Assembly: GCA_018672235.1 (NCBI GenBank)
Contig: JABHGE010000003.1
Span: 13,828 to 77,827, forward strand
Length of the DNA stretch: 64,000 nucleotides
DNA from: Fidelibacterota bacterium
Lineage (GTDB): Bacteria; Fidelibacterota; Marinisomatia; Marinisomatales; Marinisomataceae
Direction: 5' to 3'
Positions 20,275 through 27,857 of this stretch are shown in pieces; within the stretch, counting starts at the first letter, position 1, and the number at the start of each line of letters is the position of its first letter. The position numbers and the translations under genes were made by a program. The notes under the pieces were generated by a model. The model was given only the letters and a program-made list of their open reading frames with translations, made no database searches and had not been told where the DNA came from.

Positions 20275-20999
20275 TGAATAATCAATTACATATCGGTATT
20301 CTGGCAGCGGGTAAGGGTTCAAGAATGGAGTCAAACCTACCAAAAGTATTACATCAATTAAATGGAAAAAGCTTAATTGACTATGTATTAGATACGGCAT
20401 CACAATTAACGCCAAAATCAATAACGCTTGTAGTGGGATTTGAAAAAGAACTTGTCAAAGACCATACGCGTGCACGTAAAATAGATTATGTATCGCAAGA
20501 TCAACAGCTAGGAACTGGACATGCTGTTCTTCAAATGGCTAATAAGCTAGAAAACCAAAGTGGGCATTTATTAATCTTATCTGGTGATGTTCCAAATACA
20601 AAATCTACTAGCCTTATGCCTATAATTGATGAACATATAAATAAAAATCACAATGCAACCGTTATTACTGCTATAGTTAACGACTCAACAGGATATGGTC
20701 GAATCATAAGAGGAGATACTGGCCAGCTATTGAAGATTGTTGAAGAAAAAGATTGTACGTCAGGTGAAAAAAAGATTAAAGAAATCAATTCGGGAATATT
20801 TATTTTTAAAATTTCACATTTATTTGAAGAATTAAGAAAAATAAAATCAAACAATGCACAAAATGAATACTATCTAACTGATGTGATGGAGTTGATTGGT
20901 AAAAAAATGCCCATACAAGCAAAAATAGTTGAAGATTCTTCAGAGGTTATGGGAATTAATGACATAAATCAATTAAGCTCTTTGGAAAAGAATAAGTAG
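20274..20999 (+). CDS. GlmU-like nucleotidyltransferase domain only (no acetyltransferase domain)
   Basis: ILAAGKGSRM.S.LPKVLH, QLGTGHAV, GDVP, GYGRI.R, IVEEKD, EINSG and NNAQNEYYLTD motifs; ends just after GIND. ATG 20274 overlaps the mnmA stop. Confidence 0.88.
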   Translation: MNNQLHIGILAAGKGSRMESNLPKVLHQLNGKSLIDYVLDTASQLTPKSITLVVGFEKELVKDHTRARKIDYVSQDQQLGTGHAVLQMANKLENQSGHLLILSGDVPNTKSTSLMPIIDEHINKNHNATVITAIVNDSTGYGRIIRGDTGQLLKIVEEKDCTSGEKKIKEINSGIFIFKISHLFEELRKIKSNNAQNEYYLTDVMELIGKKMPIQAKIVEDSSEVMGINDINQLSSLEKNK

Positions 21000-21472
21000 T
21001 GAAATATTTTCTTGATTTTATTATCATTACACTATCATTCATCATTATAGTCTTTGGATGGTCTTTATCAAAAAATCTTCTTAATAAAGAAGCCTTAACG
21101 AGTAATCCCTCTTCTAATATAGAATCCATGCCAAAAATTAAGCTATTTGAAAATTATGATAATCAAACTTTGAAGGTGGCTATATTAAATGGATGTGGAA
21201 TAAGTGGAGTGGGAAATCAATTTTCTGAACTATTAAATAATAAATATGGACTGGTTATTGTAAGAACTGAAAATGCAAATAATTTTGATTATGAAACAAC
21301 GAAGGTGGTTATTATTAATGACTCTAATCCTAATATTGAGAACTTACTTACAATTTTAGGCATGAATATTAATGATGAAGATGTAGAATTTAATAGCTCT
21401 TATAGCCCTGAAGAAGATATTCAAATAATCATTGGAAAAGACTACTTAGATTTTCTTAACTTGAACTCATGA
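20999..21472 (+). CDS. LytR C-terminal domain-containing protein
   Basis: N-terminal TM helix, V.ILNGCGISGVG, NA.NFDY..T and DIQIIIGKDY motifs. Confidence 0.85.
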   Translation: MKYFLDFIIITLSFIIIVFGWSLSKNLLNKEALTSNPSSNIESMPKIKLFENYDNQTLKVAILNGCGISGVGNQFSELLNNKYGLVIVRTENANNFDYETTKVVIINDSNPNIENLLTILGMNINDEDVEFNSSYSPEEDIQIIIGKDYLDFLNLNS

Positions 21473-21798
21473 AAACAAATCCACTATTAAAAAAAATTGT
21501 TGGTCTTGCTGAAGAAAAAAAGGCTGAAGATTTAGTAACGCTCAATGTTTCTAAGATTACTTCTTTGTCTGATTATTTTGTTATTTGCTCTGCTAAAAAC
21601 CTTATACAAGTGAAAGCAATTGCTGATAATATTAAAGATAATATTAAAGAAAAACCCTTTCGTACTGAAGGATACCAAAATGCTAATTGGATTATTATTG
21701 ATTATGTAGATATAGTAGTACACATCTTTTTTGAAGAAGCGCGTGAATACTATGATCTAGAACGTCTCTGGTTTGATGCAAAAACTGTAAAGATATAA
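21469..21798 (+). CDS. rsfS: Ribosome silencing factor
   Basis: KKAEDLV, DYFVICSA and WIIIDYVDIVVHIF..EAREYYDLERLW motifs. Confidence 0.95.
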   Translation: MKTNPLLKKIVGLAEEKKAEDLVTLNVSKITSLSDYFVICSAKNLIQVKAIADNIKDNIKEKPFRTEGYQNANWIIIDYVDIVVHIFFEEAREYYDLERLWFDAKTVKI

Positions 21799-23417
21799 TG
21801 ATTCAAACAAAATTAGAATCTTTTATAAGCGACTATTTAAAATCTAACAACTTTGAACTTTCTAATTGGAATGTGGCAATAAATACAAGAGAAGGCTTTG
21901 GAGACTATTCATCTAATGTTGCACTAATCTTATCAAAAAAAATTGGTAAAAATCCGATGGAGATTGCTGAAGCAATAGTTGCCTATCAAAATAAAGAGGG
22001 GGAACTTTTTTCTGTTTCTGCTACTAAGCCTGGCTTTGTTAATTTTGATATTTCAATCGATTACTACTTAGATATCATGAATAGTATTTTAGAGGAAGGC
22101 GCCAACTTTGGAAAGCCTGCAAAACATGAAAAGTCAGCTAATGTAGAATTTGTCAGTAGCAATCCTACCGGACCATTAACTGCCGGTCATGGTAGAAATA
22201 CTATACTTGGCGATATGGTATCAAGCATATTATCATGGCATGGATATAATGTTACGAGAGAGTATTATTATAATAATGCAGGAAAGCAAATGCGCATGCT
22301 AGGTGAATCGTCTTATGCAAAATATGCAAAAAAAATTGGCAAGAATGTTACGCCGCCAGAAAATGGTTATGTTGGAGAATATTTAGACGATATTGCAGAT
22401 AAAATTATCACAAAATTTGGAAAAGATTTAGATTCGAATAGCGAATATTTTAGAACTTTTACAGAAGAAAAAATCTTTGACAGCATTAAGAATACTTTAA
22501 AAAGCCTAAGAATTGAATTTGATCTTTTTTCTCAAGAACAAAAATTTTATGATAATGGTGCAATAGATAATGTATTAAAAAAATTAGACGAACTATCTTT
22601 GACGTATAAAAAAGATGGTGCTACTTGGTTTAAGACTAGCAGTCTAGGAAAAGAAGAAGATAAAGTCTTAGTAAAAAGCACTGGTGAACCTACCTATCGC
22701 CTACCTGATATTGCATACCATATTGATAAAGTAGATAGAGGATTTGATTTAATTGTAGACATCTTTGGTGCAGACCATATCGAGACATATCCAGATGTTT
22801 TACTTGGACTGAAAGCTCTTGGCAAAAGAACAGATCATATTAAAGTTGTAGTACACCAATTCGTAACTCTTAAAAAAGACAACCAGGTTGTAAAAATGTC
22901 CACGCGTAAAGCAAACTTTATTACACTAGACGATCTTATTGATCAATTAGGGGTAGATGTTGTGAGATATTTCTTTATTATGAGGGGAGCAAATAGCCAC
23001 TTAGACTTTGATTTTGATTTAGCAAAAGATGAGTCTGAAAAAAATCCTGTTTATTATCTACAGTATGCACATGCAAGAATTTCTAATTTAATTGCAAGAT
23101 ATGATAGTGACATAAACCAAAAAACAGGTCTTGATTTAAGTCTATTAATAGAAAAAGATGAAATATTATTAATAAAAAAACTATCTGCATTTCCAACAAA
23201 GATGGGTGAGATACATGAATCTTTAGAACCAAGTAAATTAGCTACCTATCTTCAGGAAGTTGCTGCATCATATCACAAATTTTATGGGAATCATAAGGTT
23301 ATTGATCATAATAATATTCCCTTGTCTTATGCCAGAAAGAATCTCTGCAATGCTACACAAATTATTTTAAAAACAGGGTTATCTATTCTAGGCATCACTG
23401 CACCTGAAAAAATGTAA
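21798..23417 (+). CDS. argS: Arginine--tRNA ligase
   Basis: GDYSSNVA, PGFVN, VEFVSSNPTGPLTAGHGR, GADH, KMSTRK and NPVYYLQYAHARI motifs; ends APEKM. Confidence 0.97.
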   Translation: MIQTKLESFISDYLKSNNFELSNWNVAINTREGFGDYSSNVALILSKKIGKNPMEIAEAIVAYQNKEGELFSVSATKPGFVNFDISIDYYLDIMNSILEEGANFGKPAKHEKSANVEFVSSNPTGPLTAGHGRNTILGDMVSSILSWHGYNVTREYYYNNAGKQMRMLGESSYAKYAKKIGKNVTPPENGYVGEYLDDIADKIITKFGKDLDSNSEYFRTFTEEKIFDSIKNTLKSLRIEFDLFSQEQKFYDNGAIDNVLKKLDELSLTYKKDGATWFKTSSLGKEEDKVLVKSTGEPTYRLPDIAYHIDKVDRGFDLIVDIFGADHIETYPDVLLGLKALGKRTDHIKVVVHQFVTLKKDNQVVKMSTRKANFITLDDLIDQLGVDVVRYFFIMRGANSHLDFDFDLAKDESEKNPVYYLQYAHARISNLIARYDSDINQKTGLDLSLLIEKDEILLIKKLSAFPTKMGEIHESLEPSKLATYLQEVAASYHKFYGNHKVIDHNNIPLSYARKNLCNATQIILKTGLSILGITAPEKM

Positions 23418-23423
23418 AGTATT

Positions 23424-23645
23424 ATGTCTACTTTAACCAGACGAAAGTTTATTCGAAGAAGCTTAATCCTTTCTGCGGGGGCATCTCCTACAAGCTCTCA
23501 AGATACTGCTCTAGCAAACTATATTGGCTTAGCTGAAGGACATATCCATTTTGCTGGAGAACATGCATCAAATGACCGCGGTTGGATGCAAGGAGCTTTA
23601 GTCTCTGGTTTACGCGCAGCTACAGAAATTAATAATTCAAATTAA
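23424..23645 (+). pseudogene. Internally deleted flavin-dependent amine oxidase (Tat signal fused to C-terminal FAD motif)
   Basis: TRRKFIRRSL Tat-like start joined in frame to EGHIHFAGEHAS...GWMQGALVSGLRAATEI; only 73 aa and no GxGxxG. Confidence 0.75.
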
Positions 23646-24346
23646 TGCTAATTATAGGTCATAGAGGGGCTCGCGGGTATATAGCTGAAAATACCTTGGA
23701 ATCTATTCAGAAGGCTTTGGACTTGAATGTTGATGGAGTAGAAATAGATGTCTACCAATGTGCTTCAGGAGAAATTGTAGTCTTTCATGATAGTAACCTC
23801 AATCGACTTACCGGCAATAAGGGGTTTATTGAAAAGACTAATTTTGATGAATTAAATACAATCTTGGTAAAAGGAAACTATAAAATACCTACTCTAGGGC
23901 AAGTACTGGAATTAATAGCTGGTAGTGTATTATTAAATATTGAGTTAAAGGGTAAAAATACCGCTATTTTAACCGCTGCTATACTAAAAAAATATCTTCA
24001 GAATTCGCAGTCTGACATAAAAAATTATATTGTTTCTAGTGATAACTGGAATGAATTAACACTTTTCAAAAATCAAAATACTGGTATCCCTATTGGTGTA
24101 CTCAGCCATACCTCTTTATTGCTACAAAAAGAGCTTAATGATATCATTGAAAAAGGTAAGGAGTTGAATGCTGTTGCTATACATCCAAAATTTTCTCTTT
24201 TAAGTAAAAGAGCAATAGATAGAATGCATTCCTCTGGATTTTTAGTATATAGTTGGACTATTAACAGACCAAAAGATGTTAAACGAGCCATTCAATTAGG
24301 GGTAGATGGTATTATTACAGATTTTCCAGATCGTATTATCAGATAA
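23645..24346 (+). CDS. Glycerophosphodiester phosphodiesterase
   Basis: IGHRGA, ENTLES, EIDV, HD..L.R, NIELK, WTIN and GVDGIITDFP motifs. Confidence 0.93.
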   Translation: MLIIGHRGARGYIAENTLESIQKALDLNVDGVEIDVYQCASGEIVVFHDSNLNRLTGNKGFIEKTNFDELNTILVKGNYKIPTLGQVLELIAGSVLLNIELKGKNTAILTAAILKKYLQNSQSDIKNYIVSSDNWNELTLFKNQNTGIPIGVLSHTSLLLQKELNDIIEKGKELNAVAIHPKFSLLSKRAIDRMHSSGFLVYSWTINRPKDVKRAIQLGVDGIITDFPDRIIR

Positions 24347-24352
24347 TATATG

Positions 24353-24696
24353 TGGAGGCGGGGAGATTCGAACTCCCGTCCATAATAGAGAAAAGATAAA
24401 TATCTACATGTTTAGTTTCCTGATCGAGTTTTGCCTTATACAGGTTCAAGAACAGACGAATATAAGACTATCTTCTAAGGTTCACTTATTTAGTCGAAGC
24501 AAAAAAATAAGTTATCTCATTTTTATGACATCATTCAGACAGCGATGAGAAACGCCTACTGATGATGGGTTATAGCAACTAAGCTACAGCCATTTGGCCA
24601 TAATCGGCACTTAATACGGTTTAGAAGTTTAAAGAGGTACTAAGCTCTACATGCAATTTAAAATTTCTTTCTAAAATGTCGAAACCGGTCGCCCCC
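24353..24696 (-). ncRNA. ssrA: tmRNA; predicted tag (A)ADYGQMAVA*
   Basis: 5' GGGGGCGACCGGTTTCGAC, 3' GGACGGGAGTTCGAATCTCCCCGCCTCCA, acceptor stem with G3:U70. Tag frame 24608-24579 (GCC GAT TAT GGC CAA ATG GCT GTA GCT TAG). CCA is not encoded. Confidence 0.95.
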
Positions 24697-24737
24697 AATT
24701 GTCAAATACTTTGGAAGATACAACCTTTTTTATAAAC

Positions 24738-24773
24738 AAAAAAGACTCTGTAGCGCCAACCTCAGAGTCTTTT
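24738..24773 (-). terminator. Terminator-like hairpin upstream of ssrA with GUUGGCG loop
   Basis: Minus strand AAAAGACTCTG-AGGTTGGCGCTA-CAGAGTCTTTTTT. Confidence 0.7.
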
Positions 24774-24817
24774 CGATTGCTTGTATTTGCGTACAATATC
24801 TAATTAAAGACTACTAT

Positions 24818-24847
24818 AAACTAATAGTCTTTTATGGAATTCGTCAA
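24818..24847 (-). promoter_or_regulatory. Putative promoter (TTGACG-N18-TAGTTT) pointing toward ssrA
   Basis: Minus strand TTGACG at 24847-24842 and TAGTTT at 24823-24818; same spacing as the topA and TBDR promoters. Confidence 0.5.
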
Positions 24848-24940
24848 TACTTAAATGCTGAAATGCAAAAAAAAAATTGAAGAATCTATTTTTTCCATTA
24901 CCGAATCTGGATTCTCGACCTTAAATTAATGCCTAGTTTT

Positions 24941-25012
24941 GCTGACGTAGCTCAATGGTAGAGCAGGGGCCTTTTAAGCCCTTGGTTGTAGGTTCGAGTC
25001 CTTCCGTCAGTA
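24941..25012 (+). tRNA. tRNA-Lys(UUU)
   Basis: Cloverleaf: GCTGACG/CGTCAGT acceptor stem, GCTC/GAGC D arm, GGGGC-CTTTTAA-GCCCT anticodon arm, GGTTCGAGTCC T loop. CCA is not encoded. Confidence 0.92.
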
Positions 25013-25040
25013 CTAAGTTCTATTAATGGGATTAATTACA

Positions 25041-27857
25041 ATGTCTGAATTTCACAATAAACATATCGGTCCTACTTCTACAGAAGTCCAAGAAATGCTT
25101 TCTTACCTTGAATGCAACAGTTTAAATGATCTACTTGAAAAGATTGTGCCAAAAAATATTTTAGACATTGATGGCGACTCTATCGGAAATGAAAATTTTT
25201 CTGAAAATGATATTTTAAAATATGTCAAAGAAATTGGATCAAAGAATAAAATCTTTCGCTCGCTCATTGGTCAAGGGTATTATGATACCATTACGCCTAA
25301 TGTAGTATTGAGAAATATTTTAGAAAGCCCAGGATGGTATACGCAATATACGCCGTATCAACCTGAAATTTCTCAAGGAAGATTGGAGGCGCTTCTTAAC
25401 TATCAAACCATGATATCGCAAATTTGTGAATTACCGATAGCTAACGCTTCTTTGTTAGATGAAGGAACTGCAGCTGGAGAAGCTATGCTCATGTTCTATA
25501 GAAAGAATAGGTCTGATTCTAATAAATTTCTTATCGATGAAAATTGCTTTCAACAAACTATTGATGTTATAGTATCAAGAGCAAAACCTCTTGGTATTGA
25601 AATTGAAATTGTATCGTATGAAAACTTTGATTATCAAGATGCGTTTGGATGCATTGTTCAATATCCAGATCGTTTTGGGAGAATTGCTAATCCTGATGCC
25701 TATAAAAATATTACAGACAAAGCCCGTGAATCTAATTGTAAGGTAATTTTTGCTACAGACTTGATGTGTTTACAACTATTCCAATCTCCTGGCTCTTACA
25801 ATGCAGATGTTGCCGTAGGTAATAGTCAAAGATTTGGAGTGCCTTTAGGCTATGGTGGACCTCATGCGGCATTTATGACTACTACAGAAGAATTTAAAAG
25901 GGATATTCCTGGTAGAATTGTAGGAGTCTCACAAGATAGAAGAGAGAACCAAGCTTATAGATTGACGCTTCAGACTAGAGAGCAACATATTAGAAGAGAA
26001 AAAGCTACTTCAAATATCTGTACTGCTCAAGTACTCCTGGCTATTATTTCTAGTATGTATGCTATTTTTCATGGCCCAAAAAAATTAAAAGCGATTGCAA
26101 ATACAATTCATGCTCACACTAAACATCTTGCAAAAAAATTGAGTGCACAGGGTCATGAAATTATTTTAGATAACGAATTATATTTTGATACTCTATCAAT
26201 TGAGTTAAATGGTCTAGATCAAAAGACCTTAGAAAATAGAGCTTTGGCCAAACTATATAATTTTAAATATCATAATGAAGGATTAGTGGGTATTTCATTG
26301 GATGAAAAAACTTCTGAAAAAGAGATAGAAGAAATTGCTGATCTATTTGCTACAGATTTCGTGTCAAATAGTCTTAATCCTGAATTTAATACTAATAGAA
26401 ATGGGGTGACTTTACAGCATTCTATTTTTAATAGCATTAATTCAGAAACAGAGATGTTACGATATATACACAAATTAGAGAAAAGAGATCTTTCTCTTAA
26501 CCATAGTATGATTCCATTAGGGTCTTGTACTATGAAATTGAATGCTACTGTAGAAATGATTCCTATTAGTTGGCCTGAGTTTAATACGATTCATCCTTTT
26601 GCACCGGCGAACCAAACAGAGGGTTATAAAGTGATTATCGATCAATTAGAAATGATGCTTTATAAAGTCACTGGATTTGATGCTGTTTCATTTCAACCTA
26701 ATTCTGGAGCCCAAGGAGAATATGCTGGCTTACTTACAATACAAGAATACCATAAGACCCATGATGCCGATAGAAATGTTTGTATTATCCCTGAATCTGC
26801 ACATGGAACCAATCCAGCAAGTGCAATTATGGCTGGATTAAAAGTGGTGATTGTAAAATGTGACGATAATGGAAATATTGATTTTGAAGATTTAACAAAT
26901 AAAGTTGTTGAAGCTGGTGATAAGCTATCTTCCCTAATGGTGACTTATCCTTCTACTCATGGAGTTTTTGAACATAATATTGATGAAATCTGTGCTTTAA
27001 TTCATAGTAATGGTGGACTTGTATATATGGACGGAGCAAATCTCAATGCTATGGTAGGTGTTTGCAAGCCAGGTAATTTTGGTGCTGATGTTATGCACAT
27101 TAATCTACATAAAACATTTTGTATTCCACATGGAGGTGGAGGTCCAGGAATGGGCCCTATATGTGTAAATGATAAGTTAAAACCTTATCTACCTAAACAT
27201 CATTTTACCGATGAAGACTATTCGTATTCTGTATCATCTTCACCCTATGGTAGTGCAAGCATTTTATTAATCTCATATATTTATATGAAATTAATGGCTG
27301 GAGAAGGACTGCTTAAAGCCTCTCAAGTAGCAATTTTAAGCGCCAACTATATGGCAAAAAGATTAGAAAAAGATTACAAAATCTTATATCGTGGTAATGC
27401 GGGATTAAATGCACATGAATTTATTATTGATTGTAGAGATTTCAAAAATACTGCAGGCATTACTAATGAAGATATTGCAAAAAGATTGATTGACTATGGA
27501 TACCATGCACCAACAATGTCATGGCCGATACCAGGGACATTAATGATTGAACCTACTGAAAGTGAATCTAAGGATGAATTAGATAGGTTTTGTGAAGCAA
27601 TGATTGGAATAAAAAAAGAAATTAATGAAATCATACAAGGAGAAATTCCTCAAGATAATAACGTTCTAGTGAATGCGCCTCATACTGTTTCAGACATTTG
27701 TGAAGATTGGGATCGTCCCTATAGTAAAGAAAAAGCTGTGTTCCCAAAAGAGTGGATTAAAGAAAATAAATTTTGGCCATATGTTTCTAGGATTGATAAT
27801 GCATACGGAGATAGAAACTTTTTCTGTATTTGTCCAGATATAGAAGATTATAAATAA
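25041..27857 (+). CDS. gcvP: Glycine dehydrogenase (glycine cleavage P protein, single chain)
   Basis: YTPYQPEISQGRLE, REQHIRREKATSNICTAQ, MIPLGSCTMK and HINLHKTFCIPHGGGGPG motifs. Start ATG 25041 (25026 is an alternative). Confidence 0.97.
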   Translation: MSEFHNKHIGPTSTEVQEMLSYLECNSLNDLLEKIVPKNILDIDGDSIGNENFSENDILKYVKEIGSKNKIFRSLIGQGYYDTITPNVVLRNILESPGWYTQYTPYQPEISQGRLEALLNYQTMISQICELPIANASLLDEGTAAGEAMLMFYRKNRSDSNKFLIDENCFQQTIDVIVSRAKPLGIEIEIVSYENFDYQDAFGCIVQYPDRFGRIANPDAYKNITDKARESNCKVIFATDLMCLQLFQSPGSYNADVAVGNSQRFGVPLGYGGPHAAFMTTTEEFKRDIPGRIVGVSQDRRENQAYRLTLQTREQHIRREKATSNICTAQVLLAIISSMYAIFHGPKKLKAIANTIHAHTKHLAKKLSAQGHEIILDNELYFDTLSIELNGLDQKTLENRALAKLYNFKYHNEGLVGISLDEKTSEKEIEEIADLFATDFVSNSLNPEFNTNRNGVTLQHSIFNSINSETEMLRYIHKLEKRDLSLNHSMIPLGSCTMKLNATVEMIPISWPEFNTIHPFAPANQTEGYKVIIDQLEMMLYKVTGFDAVSFQPNSGAQGEYAGLLTIQEYHKTHDADRNVCIIPESAHGTNPASAIMAGLKVVIVKCDDNGNIDFEDLTNKVVEAGDKLSSLMVTYPSTHGVFEHNIDEICALIHSNGGLVYMDGANLNAMVGVCKPGNFGADVMHINLHKTFCIPHGGGGPGMGPICVNDKLKPYLPKHHFTDEDYSYSVSSSPYGSASILLISYIYMKLMAGEGLLKASQVAILSANYMAKRLEKDYKILYRGNAGLNAHEFIIDCRDFKNTAGITNEDIAKRLIDYGYHAPTMSWPIPGTLMIEPTESESKDELDRFCEAMIGIKKEINEIIQGEIPQDNNVLVNAPHTVSDICEDWDRPYSKEKAVFPKEWIKENKFWPYVSRIDNAYGDRNFFCICPDIEDYK

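Noticed and set aside
24306..24548. 80-aa ORF on the plus strand
   Set aside because: Antisense to tmRNA; not a credible protein.
23400..25030. Prophage or integrative element at ssrA or tRNA-Lys
   Set aside because: No integrase and no duplicated 3' end of either RNA gene was found by eye.
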